Origin: Eledone cirrhosa
Taxonomy: Eukaryota
Length of the DNA: 64,000 nucleotides
NCBI GenBank assembly: GCA_964016885.1
Contig: OZ024740.1
Span: 82,212,001 to 82,276,000 of the forward strand
Direction of reading: 5' to 3'
In this document: positions 1-12,928 of the stretch, piece by piece
Layout of the letters: every line of letters starts with the position of its first letter
Position numbering within the stretch: the stretch's first letter is position 1
Made by a program: the position numbers and the translations under genes
The notes under the pieces: generated by a model
Database searches by the model: none
What the model was told of the DNA's origin: nothing
What the model saw: the letters and a program-made list of their open reading frames with translations, nothing else

Positions 1-606
1 AGGTCGGAAAAACAACCGTTCTTCCACCACAACACATAGAGGTGGTTTCTCTTACCCATTTATTTCTTTTGCAAACACTGCACTCTTTCCACATTGCCAC
101 AACATCAATCAATTTCTGTGTAGAATAATCATGTTTTGGGATTATAATTGAAAGCTGCTCTTGAATGATACAACTCTTCTGTCAAAAGTATTCAGCACTA
201 TCTTGATGAAGATGTTTACGTCTTTCTTCTGAAGATTGGTGAAGTCTTGCAACAACTGTTTGCTCCAGGTTTTTTCTTTGACTAATCACTCACTAACCTA
301 TTAGCTCATTGTCAATTCTTGCAGTTTTCTTTGTCTTGCATCCTTTAAACACTTTTCTCTTTCCTTGTTTGACTCTAGACTGCTGCGAATTGCATTTTGT
401 TGACGTAATTGTTCTAACCATTTTTCCCTTGCCTCTTGTAACTCATTAGCCCTGCGTGCAGCAGCGCTCCTCCAGTCGCAGGCATGTCTTTGCTGTCGTT
501 GTACGGGGGACTCTAGTGACCTTGTTCTGGCTACCTGTTCTCGACTTTTCTTCGCGGTAGAAAAGTGATCATATACCCCATCTCCTTTTATAGAGACTGA
601 AAGCAT
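1..606 (-). mobile_element. Degraded N-terminal part of a Helitron Rep/Helicase ORF (continues beyond the left edge)
   Basis: The reverse strand of 1-120 translates to IDVVAMWKECSVCKRNKWVRETTSMCCGGRTVVFP, matching the Helitron N-terminal zinc motif MxxxCxxCxAxKWxxExxxMCCxxGKVxLP. It is preceded by an R/E/Q-rich coiled-coil-like ORF (301-606). Stops interrupt the frame. Confidence 0.7.
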
Positions 607-1643
607 TTTTCTCGGAAACTTTTTTGAAAATTAAAATGGGGATTAAATGAAAATATAAGTGAAACTTACGTGAATATCTTCACAAAAGTGATTGAAATAA
701 ATGGCGATTGTGGAACGCCGCACGCACACACACACACGCACGGAAATGCACACGCACACACGTACACACACACGTACATGCTCGTACATGTTGATAGTTT
801 TTACTTTCTGTGGAAAGCCACACGCGCACACACATATATACCACACACACACGCACGCATACAGGTACACACACACAAATATTATTAGTTATTTCTTTCC
901 TTCCCCTCTTATTTCCACACACACATCACACACGCATGTATCTACACTGACACATACAGTATAACACATCCAGCGTCTCTCCCGCTTTCCTACTCTCTTT
1001 CAAATTCTCATATAGAAACTTGTTTTTCTCTCTGTTTCTTTCTCTCTTTTATCTGTCTTTCTCTCGCTCACAAATATTCTCTCTCCCTCTATAACACTTC
1101 ATCTCTTTTAGTCTAGGTCTGTTTCTCTCTCTCTCTCCCTCTCTTTCTCTATCTATCTATCTCTCTTTTTCTAATTTATTCACACACTCTCACTATTTAC
1201 ATTTCTCCCTGTATCGAAAGACGTTGTGATGAATGAGCTGATGGAGCAGGAGATGAAAAGAGTTACTTCCTCACTTTGCCCCTCTGTTTCTTTCCCTCCC
1301 CACTCTCTCCCTCAATGGAATTATGCACAGACATATGTTAATATACACATATATAGAGAGATTATTGTTATTAGACATATCGTGGTGATATTTCGTTTTA
1401 GTGTTCTTTTATTGCCATATTATATGATATAATATTATGCGACCTTACCTCATTTATATTACTAGCAGAAAAACCACCCTTATATGCATGTAGATATGAT
1501 ACATCAAATAAAATCGTAATTGACAATATACACAGACTTTGAACGAAGACTCTGTTAATCTTTCTAATGTAATCAGTAACGTAATCCATGTTGCATTAAC
1601 AAAATTATATATCTGCTAGCATGTGTAGTGTGTATATCGCACT

Positions 1644-2367
1644 AACCAGAGGTATATGATTTTAAAGCGATGGAATACCAATGAAGGTTGGAAGATCACT
1701 GATGAAGGACTAACTTTATTCATATGTAACACAATTGCAACCACGCAGCACGTTTGTTTTCATATTCACACATATATTTTCCTCCGCTGTGACCTGTCTA
1801 TTTCGTTCTTACTGCTTCCTTTTTCTCTGTATCTTTCACCTCCCTTTACCCTCTTTAACAGTCACTCTCTCTGTTAGCCTCTTCCTCACCCTTCACTCAC
1901 TCACTCTCTGCTACTACCTCTCCTACTTCCTCCCGTTTGACCTGTGCGTAATTCTTTTCTCGCGCACGCTTGACCAGGCTGGTTGTTCCTTTTTTCTCTC
2001 TTGTCTACGATTTCACAGAATTATGTTCACCGAATTCAGGGACTAGACTCCTTCTTCCTCCAGTTTGACCTGTGCGGAATTCTTTCCTTGCTCACATTTC
2101 GACTAGGTTTGATGGTCTTTATTCTCTCTCGTTCACGATTTCACCGAACTTATATTCATAGAACTCTGGGACTTGACTCTTTCTTCCTCACTTTTCGTTG
2201 AGTTGATTTACCATCTTTGTTTGTTTACAGTCTCGCTCGCTCCGCTTATTTACGTGTCCCAACGACTTTCTGTAGCCGTTGCTCGCACCAACCGGAGGTA
2301 TATGGTCTTTAAAGCGATGAAATACTAATGAAGGTTGGAAGATCACTGATGAAGGACTAACTTTATT

Positions 2368-2368
<1 letters not shown>
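1644..2368. repeat. Partial tandem repeat (period ~646 bp), pLTR-like; related copy at 38190-38890 (period ~514 bp)
   Basis: The block AACC(A/G)GAGGTATATG...GAAGATCACTGATGA recurs at 1644, 2290, 38254 and 38768, with shared pyrimidine-rich internal sequence. Confidence 0.75.
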
Positions 2369-2454
<86 letters not shown>

Positions 2455-2456
<2 letters not shown>

Positions 2457-3300
2457 CATTAAAGCCCGTCGTTGCTGGGGGTTACCAAAGTTAGATTGCA
2501 CCACCCATTTTATGGCACCACCTTTTTGTCTGCCAGGCACTGGGTGAATGAATTGTAGACCTGGACTGCGCCACCAGTGACAATTGTAGTTTCGCCTATG
2601 GATATTATCTCTGTGCAAAGAAGTGTTGAAATTTATTGTTTCACAATACTTGCGCAACACGCGGGTAGACGATGCCAGCCGAACAACAGAGCTGCGATGG
2701 AGTTGTTCTGCATGGTTGTCTAATGTGTGTTTTCTAACTTTAAGACACTAGGGAGGGGTGTGATATGGGAGAGAGTTAGATGTTGTTTCTAGCAGGTTTA
2801 TTGACCTCATAGAGCATATGTGTTTTCTAAATTTAAGACAATGGGGAGGGGTGTGATATGGGGGAGAGTTAGCTTCTCTTTCTAGCATGTTTAGTAGCCG
2901 CATAGAGGATATTATTGTGTATAGTAAATAAACTGATACTTCTTCTTTCACGTTTGTTGAGAGATGTTTTAAAAAAGATTTATCGCTATTTTTTTTGTTG
3001 TTGAATAAATTTATTTGTTGCTTTTGAATAATTCTTGTTTGGTATAAAATGTAATAAGTTCTCTTCGTTGTCATTGAAGTAAATAAATGTTTGACACTCA
3101 AAAACAAACGTTCTCTCTCTCTATCTCACTCTCTTCTCTCTCTCTATCTCTCTCTCCTTCATTTCGTTCTCTCTTCTTTCTTCGACGTTCCTAAAGGAAG
3201 TTTTTAAGGAGGGGCTTAAGCATATATAAGAGAAAGTTGCAGGATGTATGTAGTTTTATCGAATTTTAAGGGGAGTAAGAGAGAAAATCAGATTGTAGTA
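2455..3300 (+). mobile_element. Possible non-autonomous Helitron/Helentron-like element
   Basis: Begins with a GC hairpin-like GCCCGTCGTTGCTGGG just after a (TA)n tract. Contains internal ~90-bp tandem units (GGGAGGGGTGTGATATGGG at ~2751 and ~2844) and a CT microsatellite. The family call is from recalled architecture only. Confidence 0.3.
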
Positions 3301-3464
3301 GAGGGGTTAAGCGTCATGTATTTAGTTTTATCGATTATTACCGTAATTCTGGGTGAGGTGGAAAAAATAAATAGTCGGTTACCTAAGTTTGACGATTTAG
3401 AACATTCATACAGACGTTGAGTCGAATCGGTTTGAAATTGTGCAAATGTATAAATATGGAACAT

Positions 3465-3518
<54 letters not shown>

Positions 3519-3573
3519 CAACAACAACAATCTGCTTTTTATATATAATGATATATATGTATATATATATATA

Positions 3574-4474
3574 TACGAGGTGTGTCAGAAAACTTCCAGG
3601 ACTGATGTCACAAAAGATTTATTTCAAACCCAAACTTCACAATAAGAGTTTTCTCCTTCAAAGTAACCCCCTGGAGTATGTAACTGTAATCTTAGCTCTC
3701 TGCAGCGATCACACTTTTTTCTTCATAATTGTATGTACATGTCCTCTGTTTCACGTCGTCAAGCAATGAGCACAGAGCAACGAACAAACTTGAAGTTTCT
3801 GGTACGGTTGGGGAAATTCCGCTGCAGCAAGTGTATGGAGATGAGGCGATGTCACGCTCACGTGTTTTGGAGTGGTGCAAGAGGTTTAAAGAAGGACGCG
3901 AGGACGTGGACGATGACCTCAGGAGCGTAAGGCCCTCAACAACCAGGACTGAGGTCAACGTAGAGCGCATCAGTCAGATGGTGCGTAACGATCGTCTGAT
4001 GGCTGACTGTTAGACTGAGTACAAATGAGCTGAGCATGAATCGGGACAGCGTCTGGAAGATTCTCACTGAAGATTTGGACATGCCGAATGTCTGTGCGAG
4101 GATGGTGCCAAAACTGCCGAACGATGACCAGAAGGGTCGACGTATGCAAGTGTGCCTGGACATCCCTGAGCCCCTTGAAACCGAACCAGACTTGCTATCG
4201 ACAGTCATCACCGGTGATGAGTCATGGATCTTCGAGTACGATTCGGAGGGGACCCGTTTTGTAGACGTGGGCGACATCAAAAGGCCGTGACGACGGAACT
4301 GCGGAGGATCCCGGAAGAATCCCTCCCGGAGTGCACGCAATCGTGGCAGAAAAGGATGGAAAAGTGCATTAGACTCCTGGGGGATTACTTTGAAGGAGAA
4401 AGCTCTTAGTGTAAAATTTGGGTTTGAAAGAATTCTTTTGTGACATCAGTCCTGGAAAATGTCTGACACACCTC

Positions 4475-4477
<3 letters not shown>
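3574..4477 (+). mobile_element. Tc1/mariner DNA transposon, internally deleted
   Basis: ~100-bp imperfect TIRs (TACGAGGTGTGTCAGAAAACTTCCAGGACTGATGTCAC... / ...GTGACATCAGTCCTGGAAAATGTCTGACACACCTCGTG) inserted in TA repeats. Mariner HTH VYGDEAMSRSRVLEWCKRFKEGREDVDDD and first catalytic motif VITGDESWIFEYD, fused directly to C-terminal GTRF...LLGDYFEG. Confidence 0.92.
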
Positions 4478-4541
<64 letters not shown>

Positions 4542-5307
4542 CAATTTCCAACTACAGAGTTCCATATACACAACCACAGTGAGCGTTCGGTCAGTTGCAA
4601 ATTGATATGAATGATTCCTGTTTTGCATTTCTTTGTTTTATGTAGCAGTATATATGCAAATAACTAAGAAACAATAATGACACGAATTTTCATATTTTAA
4701 TCATTGTTTCTATTTTGAGACAAATGTGTGAGATTGCTAAATAGATGTACATTTTCATAATTTCTACGTGCTATATTCAGAATTCATTCCTTAGTAGGGT
4801 CATTCTGATATATTTTTAATGGATTTTGTATTTATCACTATTGAGTATGAATTCTGCTTGATTTTTTTTTTATGACATACTGAATTTTATGAATATTCAT
4901 TTCAGAAATTATGTCTTATTTATTCATAATATGTTCCTATTTTTAGCATAGTTTATTTTTGAGGAATATGTTATTTATTCTATTTCGAAAATCTATTTTA
5001 GCATCTGTTGCACATTTTTATATGCGGAAAATGTAATTGTCATAGTAATAATAAAGTTATTGGACAATACTTTCTTATATGTAGTTTTTACATAGCGAAT
5101 GAAAACTACATCGACATCTCTAACAGTCAAATGGTTGCTACAACATAGCCACGTAGGTGTTCTCCTTTACGTAAAGTGTAAATGTACCATTTGAATACTT
5201 TGGGCGAATATTGCAATGTTCGTGTCTTGCATATATATGAGAAGGTGAGTAGCAACAGAATTTAGGCATATGTTCATACACACACGTACATGTGATATAT
5301 ATATGTA

Positions 5308-5420
<113 letters not shown>

Positions 5421-5449
5421 GTGTGTGTGTGTGTGAGTATGAATGTATA

Positions 5450-5516
<67 letters not shown>

Positions 5517-5572
5517 ATATATATATATGTACATATATACATATGTATATATGTATATATATATATACAATA

Positions 5573-6204
5573 TAAAGAAATACACAGATACATGCGAATA
5601 CATACATATACATGCATATACGCACATATATCCCTGAATTTGTGTGGTGTCAACCTTAATCGTTGTTGCTCTATGATTAATAGGGACAAAATAATCTGAA
5701 TTAATTAGATTGACTCTATATCAGAGTTATATAATACATTATAAAGAAAGAAGAAACATTAGACATGAATAAATAAATATATATACCCAATATTCCTCTA
5801 CATTCTCGACTGCGCACTTTCGTGGCTACTTTGCAAAAACATTACATCATAGAGATGCAGTATTTCTGTGAGTTTTGCCAACTTATCAAGAGAATACCTC
5901 ATTTAAAGTTTCAAAATACGTCTGCAAGCCGCGAGAGAGAACCCGGAAAGGCGGATGGGGAAACTTATCACGTGATACAGCGGTCAAGAAACAGAGTGAA
6001 GCCTCTTACAATCAAGAGAAAATACCACAATTGGGGGGTATTAATATCTAGGCTACAGACGAGGTGGCTAAGGAGGGCTAGAAGTGTAAATAGTGTAAGC
6101 CTGACAGCAGTCACTATACTTCCATGGTTACTCTACCGTAGGGAGTTATAGACAAAATAAAGAAATACACAGATACATACGAATACATACATATACATGC
6201 ATAT
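5573..6204 (-). repeat. pLTR/retrozyme-like unit (partial tandem, ~585 bp period); homolog at 56323-56800
   Basis: TAAAGAAATACACAGATACAT..GAATACATACATATACATGCATA occurs at both 5573 and 6158. The internal sequence aligns with 56.3-56.8 kb and contains an HHR. Confidence 0.65.
5802..5895 (-). ncRNA. Type I hammerhead ribozyme, U3-A8 core variant
   Basis: Reverse strand: ATTCTC-TTGATAA-GTTGGC...(long stem II)...GCCAC-GAAAG-TGCGCA-GTC-GAGAAT. Stem I is 6 bp; 15.2-16.2 is mismatched in this copy. Confidence 0.65.
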
Positions 6205-6554
6205 ATATATATATATAGATATAGTAATAATAATAAATTTGAAGACTAAAATACAAAGAGGTTTCAAAAGATCCCGTTAAGGGTTAAAGCAGCGATTCTT
6301 TGCTTAAACTTTAATCTGTTATTTTAATATATATATATATATATTTCGTTTCTGAATTTGTTTAACAAGATTCTTTATCTGAAATCGTGTGTTGAAACCG
6401 ATATTGTTATACTTTGGGAGGATCATGTTGCCAATAAGAAACACACGCACCAGTTGCTTTCACTTCAATTTATTATAATAAATTTATAAATTTAGGAATC
6501 TATACATTTCTGGTTGGTTGGTTGGTTCCACAACCAGATAGTTGTTTATATATT

Positions 6555-6597
6555 GTCAAAGTTCTTTCGTCACACATTCTGTGACCTCTTCAGTGAC
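6555..6597 (-). ncRNA. Type I hammerhead ribozyme in family A pLTR
   Basis: Reverse strand: GTCA-CTGAAGA-GGTCAC(AGAATGT)GTGAC-GAAAG-AA-CT-T-TGAC. Confidence 0.8.
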
Positions 6598-7443
6598 TGG
6601 GGATTCTTTTCTTTGTTTTTGTGCCTCTCCTTTGTTGTCCTACGCCATTTTGTTTCTGTGTGTATGTTGTGTGCTCAGTCTGCGCATGCGCCACATCCGG
6701 GTGTCTGTGTGTGTTTATGTTCATTTATTTACTGGTTATGTTCATTTATTTACTATGTGTGTGTGTGTTTTCATTTTGTCTTTAATTGTAAGTTGTGATG
6801 TGGCTGTTCCACTCATATTTTCTATTTAATTTTGGTTGTCATTCTTTTATGTTTATTGTCTCTGTGATTTGTCTAAACATTGCGTCTTTTCTGTGTGTAG
6901 ATTCTATTTTTATTTCTATGTTCTCTAATTTACCCTTGTGTTCTATTTTAGCATGTTGGTAGAGTACAGATGATTCTTTACTATCTTGAAGGTCTCCCCA
7001 GTGTTCATTTATCCGTTCCCCTACGCTACGGGCTGTCTCACATATGTACACTATATTTTTGTCTCTACATTGTCCTTCAGTACATCTTATGCTATACACT
7101 ACATTTCTAGTTTTACAGTTAATATGGGGGCTTATTTTACAGGTTATACATTTCTTATCTATACATGAGGGTCTTTGAAAAGGGTATGTCTTGCTAATAA
7201 GTGTTTTTTACGGAGGTACCTGGTTTTTCTACTATCTTAATATTGAGTTTATGTTTATCTAGGGCCCTTCTAAATTTGTAAGCTAATTCACCTCTAGGGG
7301 TTGTATCGATGAACATTACACTCTGGTATTTATTGCTATCATACCATAAGTTTATTCTATTAGCCTTGTTCCTAGTTCTTTCTATTCTATTCCAAAATTT
7401 GCTCCTATACAAGGGACAGGTCCCATTTATGTCATTATTTACC

Positions 7444-7626
7444 GGTGGATTGGCAGTATTGGTAGTGTGTTGGACGCCATGCTTTGACGTATAGAGTTAC
7501 GGCCCTTGCCTTTCTGAGTTCAAATCCCGCCAAGGTTAACTTTGCCTTTCATCCTTACGGGGTCGATAAAATAAAGTACCAGTAATGCACTGGTTAATTG
7601 CTGGCCTTGTGCCTAACGTAGAAACA
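7444..7626 (+). mobile_element. tRNA-derived SINE inserted in PLE, 10-bp TSD ATTATTTACC
   Basis: A-box-like TGGCAGTATTGG, B-box GAGTTCAAATCC, core GCCTTTCATCCTTACGGGGTCGATAAA. TSD at 7434-7443 and 7627-7636. Confidence 0.88.
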
Positions 7627-9672
7627 ATTATTTACCATTTTTTCCCATTTGGTTCTGGCTCCTCTATACACTCTGATTTTATCTCTATGATTGTAGCCAG
7701 AGAACTGCATACGGTGGATGAAGTGTTGTATGTGTCTCTCTAGCTCTTCGGGGTTGCACATGCGGGACACGTTTCTCATCACCCGTAACAAATCCGCAAT
7801 CAGTATGTTGATTTCGGTATGGTCCGAAACGGCCGAGTTTCGGTGGATCAGATGTTTGGAAGTCATGGATTTGGCCTAATTGGAATGGAGGATTTGTTTT
7901 TTGTTATTAATTGTATCTAACCAGAGCTCTGTGTCTAGTACAGGTAATCGATGGTTGGGGTGTTTACTTGGGTAGTCTATAGTAACTGTAATACTCTGGT
8001 GGATGGAGTTAGCTATTTGCTGGATGCTTTACATTGTGTTTTTCTCTAGTTCCTGACTGTTCTCTAGTGGGGGTGTCTTAACTACGATGTTTATATCATC
8101 AACGTAGCGGGAGTACATTATCAGGGTTAAGGGGTCTTCTAATTGTTCTTTAAGTTTAAGTTTAAGTCTACTGTCCCACCATACCATGAATAAGTTAGCT
8201 ATGTCGCCTGCAATGCTAACACCAATGGCTGCTCCTTCCTCTTGGGCATATGTTTTTCCATTAAATTTGAACATATGTTCCTTAAGTGTTAGTTTTATGC
8301 TGGCCCCTACCGCATGTGCAATCATTTTCTTCAGTTCATCGTGGTTTTCGGGTGTCCGTATGGCTCTGGTCCACCCGTTCCATCTATCTCTGTGTGTTTT
8401 CTTGGCCATTGAGGTAATGGTAGGTGGTCTGCCTCTTGCTGGTCTTGTAGGGCACAGGTTGCTAAGGTCATATGTGTCTAGGTAATTATTACTATAGGTA
8501 AGTTCAAGTAGGAGTCCCAGCTCACTGGTATCGATCCCACGGAACTCAACATTGCTCTCACTGATCATTTCTACGCATTTCTCCACAGCAAAATCCACGT
8601 TAATAGATGGATACATGGACACAACGTCCATACTACATATTATGCAGTTTGTTAGGTCCCTAGATCGGTTACTCTCACCGATTCTGCTGAGGAGGTCCTC
8701 CGTGCTATCACATACATCTGGGGACATTTCAATGATGGGGCGTATGATCAGGGAGAGGAAGTAGGACAGTCTTTAGTTACTAGCAATGTTAGCTCCACAG
8801 ACTGGCCGTGTTGGTGGTCCCGTGACAAGGTCACTGCCCGTTTTATGGTCTTTCCGAAGCCCATACAACGCCGGCACGTCATTGTTCCAGGCCTGGAAAT
8901 TGTTGGCAGTCCTTTTGTTGGGCTGCATTATATTCGTCCACATCACCATATGGGCATTGAGGGCTTTTTCTCTATCCTCATGCTCCTGTGGTGTTACCTC
9001 TCTTGTGTTAGTGATGTGGGGTTGCATTGCCTGGATGTAGTTTGGCAGGCTGTCAACCGACATTCTGCCAGACTTGTCTGTTGGAAAGCATGCTATCTCT
9101 CCATTACGCGAGCCCTGCATGAGCTTACGCAAGCCATTTGCAGATTTTTCTCCCAGTTGCTGGGCCTCCATTCTATTATGCTTCTTGCTATACTGTTCTA
9201 TAATATTTCTAAGTTCGGATCTAGCTATACTAAATTGTGCTTCTGTTTGTTCATCGACCTGCGACGGCAATTGTGTGCGTTTGTTAAATGGTAAAGTCGT
9301 GGCGTGGACTCGTCGCAGGTCGAACAATTTATCGGAGGGATTATAAAAAGTAGAGTTCCAGGCTGCTGCTTTATGTGTACTAGTGCTATTGTTATTGTTA
9401 GTTGTGTTGTTTCTATTTCTATTTCCACCAACAGCCTCATGGTTGTTTCTATGTCTCTCATAATTATTCCTGTCTCTTTCCACTGGCTCATTGTTGTTAT
9501 CTACCCTATTTTGTGTGTCTGTGTGTTCGTCTTGGTTATTTTCTTTGTCCTTAGTCTCCCTTCTTTTAATCCTATTACTTTCCCTTATTTCTGTGATTTC
9601 TGTGCTACTGTCATTACTTGTTTTCTGTGTCTGTGTGTTTGTTAAGATTGTGGAGGTGGTGAGAGGCATTGA

Positions 9673-10095
9673 GAATGTGCCTCGTCCTGAGTTTACACCA
9701 ACACCATCAACACCGACGTAAGAAGATTATAACTCACCAAAAAACAAGCAGATAGGCTAAAACGAACACTAATTCTAAACATAAAAAAAGAAGATCTATA
9801 GAGAATTAAGTCATCAAGAAAAACATAAGCGTAACCTAATACAAGAAATAGCTAGGATCACCACACCAAGAGAGAAACTAATATTTATAAGCCTTATACG
9901 TCCTGAAGAACAGTACATTGCTCAAGAATGTGATAAGCACTTTAACAAGAAACTAAAGTGGCTTAAGCAGATAAAGCTAAATCAGGATACTGTAGAGAAT
10001 ACCAATAGATATCCCGACAAAATATGGCCGACACATCATTAACAGATGAGTTCAACAACAACAACACAAATATATACGACAACACAGTAATAGAG
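9673..10095 (+). mobile_element. Inverted 5' segment of family A PLE
   Basis: Matches ~58651-59087 (ECASSRVYTNTINTDVRRLQ...) but lies in the opposite orientation to the adjoining PLE body. Confidence 0.85.
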
Positions 10096-10096
10096 A

Positions 10097-11362
10097 TTAA
10101 GGGTTTGTCGTTTTTCTCGCATCTGTTTGGTGTTCGAAAGCTCTTTCTGTTTCATGTGGAAATAAAGGCTCGAATTGGTGTTTTTTTAATAATTTAATTT
10201 GGTTGGTTGATGACAGTTACGTGAATAAGTATAATAGCTTTTGTGCCAGTTCGCATTCCAAAGTTCTTTTTTTAAAAGATGTTGATTTGTTTTAAAATAT
10301 GTGAGTCACATTATTATTTTTTTTATAAGTGTAATTTGGTTGGTTGATGAGTGTCCCGTGAATAAGAACATCAGAATTTGCGCCAATTCAAACAAAAAGT
10401 AATGGTCAAGAAATGGGAGGAGGGAGAAATAGTGATTGTGCAGAGAGTATGGCTGATTACGTGTTGAAGCGTCAAAATTCATACTTCCATTTGAAATAAA
10501 TTGAATGTTTGTGTCATTAGTGGTAGCGGTGGCGATGGTTGTGGCAGGGTAGAAAAGAGAAATATATATTTTTTATTTGTATGCGTGTGTTTTTTTTTAT
10601 TTATTTTTTATTTATTTTTTTTATTTTTATCGTCTTGATAATAGAAATAAAAATAATAGAAATAAAAATAAAAATAAAAATAGTAATGGAGTCATTTTTA
10701 TTTCTTGAAAGTTATCATTTGTTTCGTACAAAACGTTCTATGACAAACTATCATGGATTGGCAGTATCGGTAGAGGGTTTGACGCCATGCTTTGCAGCAA
10801 AGAGTGAAGACCCTTTATGGTCTGAGTTCATATACCGCCGAGGTTAACTTTGCCTTTCATCCTTACGGGGTCGATAAAATAAAGTACCAGTAATACACTG
10901 GGATAATTGCTGGCCTTGTGCCAAAAGTAGAAACAATTATTGGCACCTATGTTATATGGCCAATCATGTGACTGTGAAAATGGCAAGAAAGAACCTTCAA
11001 ACTCGAACTGACGGGAAATTTGATGTACTTAATCACGTGACAGTCATCAATCAACCAAATTACACTTATAAAAACAATAATGTGATCCACATGTTTTAAC
11101 GCAAATACAATAATAAATTTCGAACCCGAACAGTCATTAACCAAACAAATTAAATTATCTAAAAACAAAGAAAAACAACAAGTCGAGCCACTCTTTCCCC
11201 ATAAAACAGAAAGAACTTTCGAATTCCAATCAGAAGCGAGAAAAACCACAAACCCTCCACCTCAATTCTACGTTTGAAAAGCATAAGAACTGTGAAACAG
11301 GTAAAATAAATAAATATTCTTAAAAAAGACTCCAGTTGCATTTTCGATTTCTTTTCATTATA
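10097..11362. repeat. Two inverted, diverged pLTR remnants of family B type (~10097-10330 minus; ~11030-11362 plus)
   Basis: 11150-11360 aligns with 28100-28320 (GAGCCACT..., CAGTTGCATTTTCGATTTC) and is inversely similar to 10097-10330. A degenerate TTGAAAA-GCA...TGT-GAAAC-AG-GTA HHR lies at ~11271-11310. Confidence 0.6.
10755..10941 (+). mobile_element. tRNA-derived SINE (same family as 7444)
   Basis: GGATTGGCAGTATCGG...GAGTTCATATACC...GCCTTTCATCCTTACGGGGTCGATAAAATAAAGTACCAG...GAAACAATTATT. Confidence 0.88.
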
Positions 11363-11586
11363 CTTTCACCCGTGTAGGACATCTCGTTCTTTTATTTAAA
11401 AAACCCTCATTATCCTATATAGGATAACAAATTATCGTTATAGGTAATCCAGTTAGAGGTTGTGAATAATCCGTATTGTGGATAGCTTTAGCGTACGGCG
11501 CTGTTTGACTCAACAAGAGGTTTCCTTAGGTAGCGAGTTTGTGAGTTCTCGGGAGTTCCTATGCAGGTTAATCTTGGAGTAATAAT

Positions 11587-12289
11587 AATGAAAGAGTGAA
11601 GAATAACAAAGTCAACAGTACAAAAGGGGTTTATTTATAGTCTTAACAATTGTTTCATTGATTAAGTTGTCTAAAAATTACTAATCACTTGAAGTTGTGT
11701 CACTCAATTTTAAATACAAATCATCAGAAAAACTGTTTAAAATTATACACAGCGGTTGTAATATACTAGGGAAATTCAAATTAGAACATCGGTAACAAAG
11801 AAAGAGAAAGAAAAAAAAACGAAAAAAAGACAAAAGAAAAAGAAAGAGAAACATAAAAATTAAAAATAAAAGTAATAAATGAATAATAATAAAAAAGTTA
11901 TAATGAAGACGATAAAAAAAAATTATGTGTGCTAAGAGAAGTGAACATAATATGATTGTTGAAAATAGTTGTGGTGTTGGTGGTTAAAATATAAAGATGT
12001 GATGGTATAAAGATCAACATATTAAATATATACATATAAGTATTGGTTAAATTAATAAATTACTAAATTAGAAGTGAAGAGAATCTGAGAGGATATAATG
12101 TAATTACAAACGCCGTGTATAATTTTAAACAGTTTTTCTGATGATTTGGTTAAGCATGCATTGTATTTAAAATTGAATGACAACTTCAACTGATTAGAAA
12201 TTTTTAGACAACTTAATCAATGAAACAATTGTTAATACTGTAAATAAAACCCTTTTTGTACTGTTGACCATGTTATTCTTCACTCTTTC

Positions 12290-12292
<3 letters not shown>
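11587..12292. repeat. Inverted repeat (arms ~11587-11762 and ~12103-12292), each arm with an HHR
   Basis: The arms are reverse complements (AATGAAAGAGTGAAGAATAAC... / ...GTTATTCTTCACTCTTTCATT). Confidence 0.8.
12130..12240 (+). ncRNA. Type I hammerhead ribozyme with long stem II insert (inverted, partly deleted copy at 11639-11735)
   Basis: CAGTTTTT-CTGATGA-TTTGGTTAAG...CTTAATCAAT-GAAAC-AATT-GTT-AATACTG; stem III is the palindrome AACAATTGTT. Confidence 0.65.
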
Positions 12293-12380
<88 letters not shown>

Positions 12381-12426
12381 CGTAAAATAAGAAAATTATA
12401 AAAATGAACTTACTTACTAAAATTTC

Positions 12427-12509
12427 ACTCCAACTAATTAGTTTCTGAAAGGGAATAAACATGGTTTCCGAAGGAACGCATGGAGAAAGCCTTTCGTCAT
12501 CAGAGAAGT
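12427..12509 (-). ncRNA. Type I hammerhead ribozyme in a pLTR-like unit (12375-12722), homolog of the 34.7-35.5 kb palindrome arms
   Basis: Reverse strand: ACTTCT-CTGATGA-CGAAAGG...CCTTTCA-GAAAC-TAATTA-GTT-GGAGT. Confidence 0.7.
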
Positions 12510-12720
12510 CTATTCCGAACTAAGTTTCCAGGCAATGCGTGGACACAGGGAACTTAAACAAAAATAATTCAGTGTGTGGAAAAAAGCAAAGCGTGGACTA
12601 AGTTCCAAGTCATTGAAAAAATCACTGCCTCTTTGGTCGGTGGCAAATTCAAAAGAATCAATCACGTAACGTCGAGGTTAATCAGTGATGATGGGGTGGT
12701 AAGAAGACAGCAGCCGAACC

Positions 12721-12759
<39 letters not shown>

Positions 12760-12928
12760 GTTCAATGTATTGTTTTTTTGGCGGTAACTTACTTCCTCAT
12801 TTTTGAATCGGTTTGAGTGTTTCTTTAGAACTGCTGGAAGAGCAACCTAATATATACCTCAGACACTGATGGGGATTATCGCTAAATACTGATGTTGGTT
12901 AGATTATCAATATTAGTATTATTGGGCA

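Larger units (their letters stand above)
6346..9672 (-). mobile_element. Penelope-like retroelement, family A copy 1 (RT + GIY-YIG, pseudogenised, 3' pLTR ~6346-6840)
   Basis: ORF pieces 8773-9669 (PTDKSGRM, LYGLRKDHK, RPVCGA), 8029-8727 (MDVVSMYPSI, GAAIGVSIAG, YSRYVDD) and 6839-7099 (VYSIRC...YICETARSVGERINEH, GIY-YIG). Near-identical to 59533-62812. Confidence 0.93.

Noticed and set aside
7444-7545. Functional tRNA gene
   Set aside because: The A/B boxes belong to a SINE head with body and TSD; no cloverleaf.
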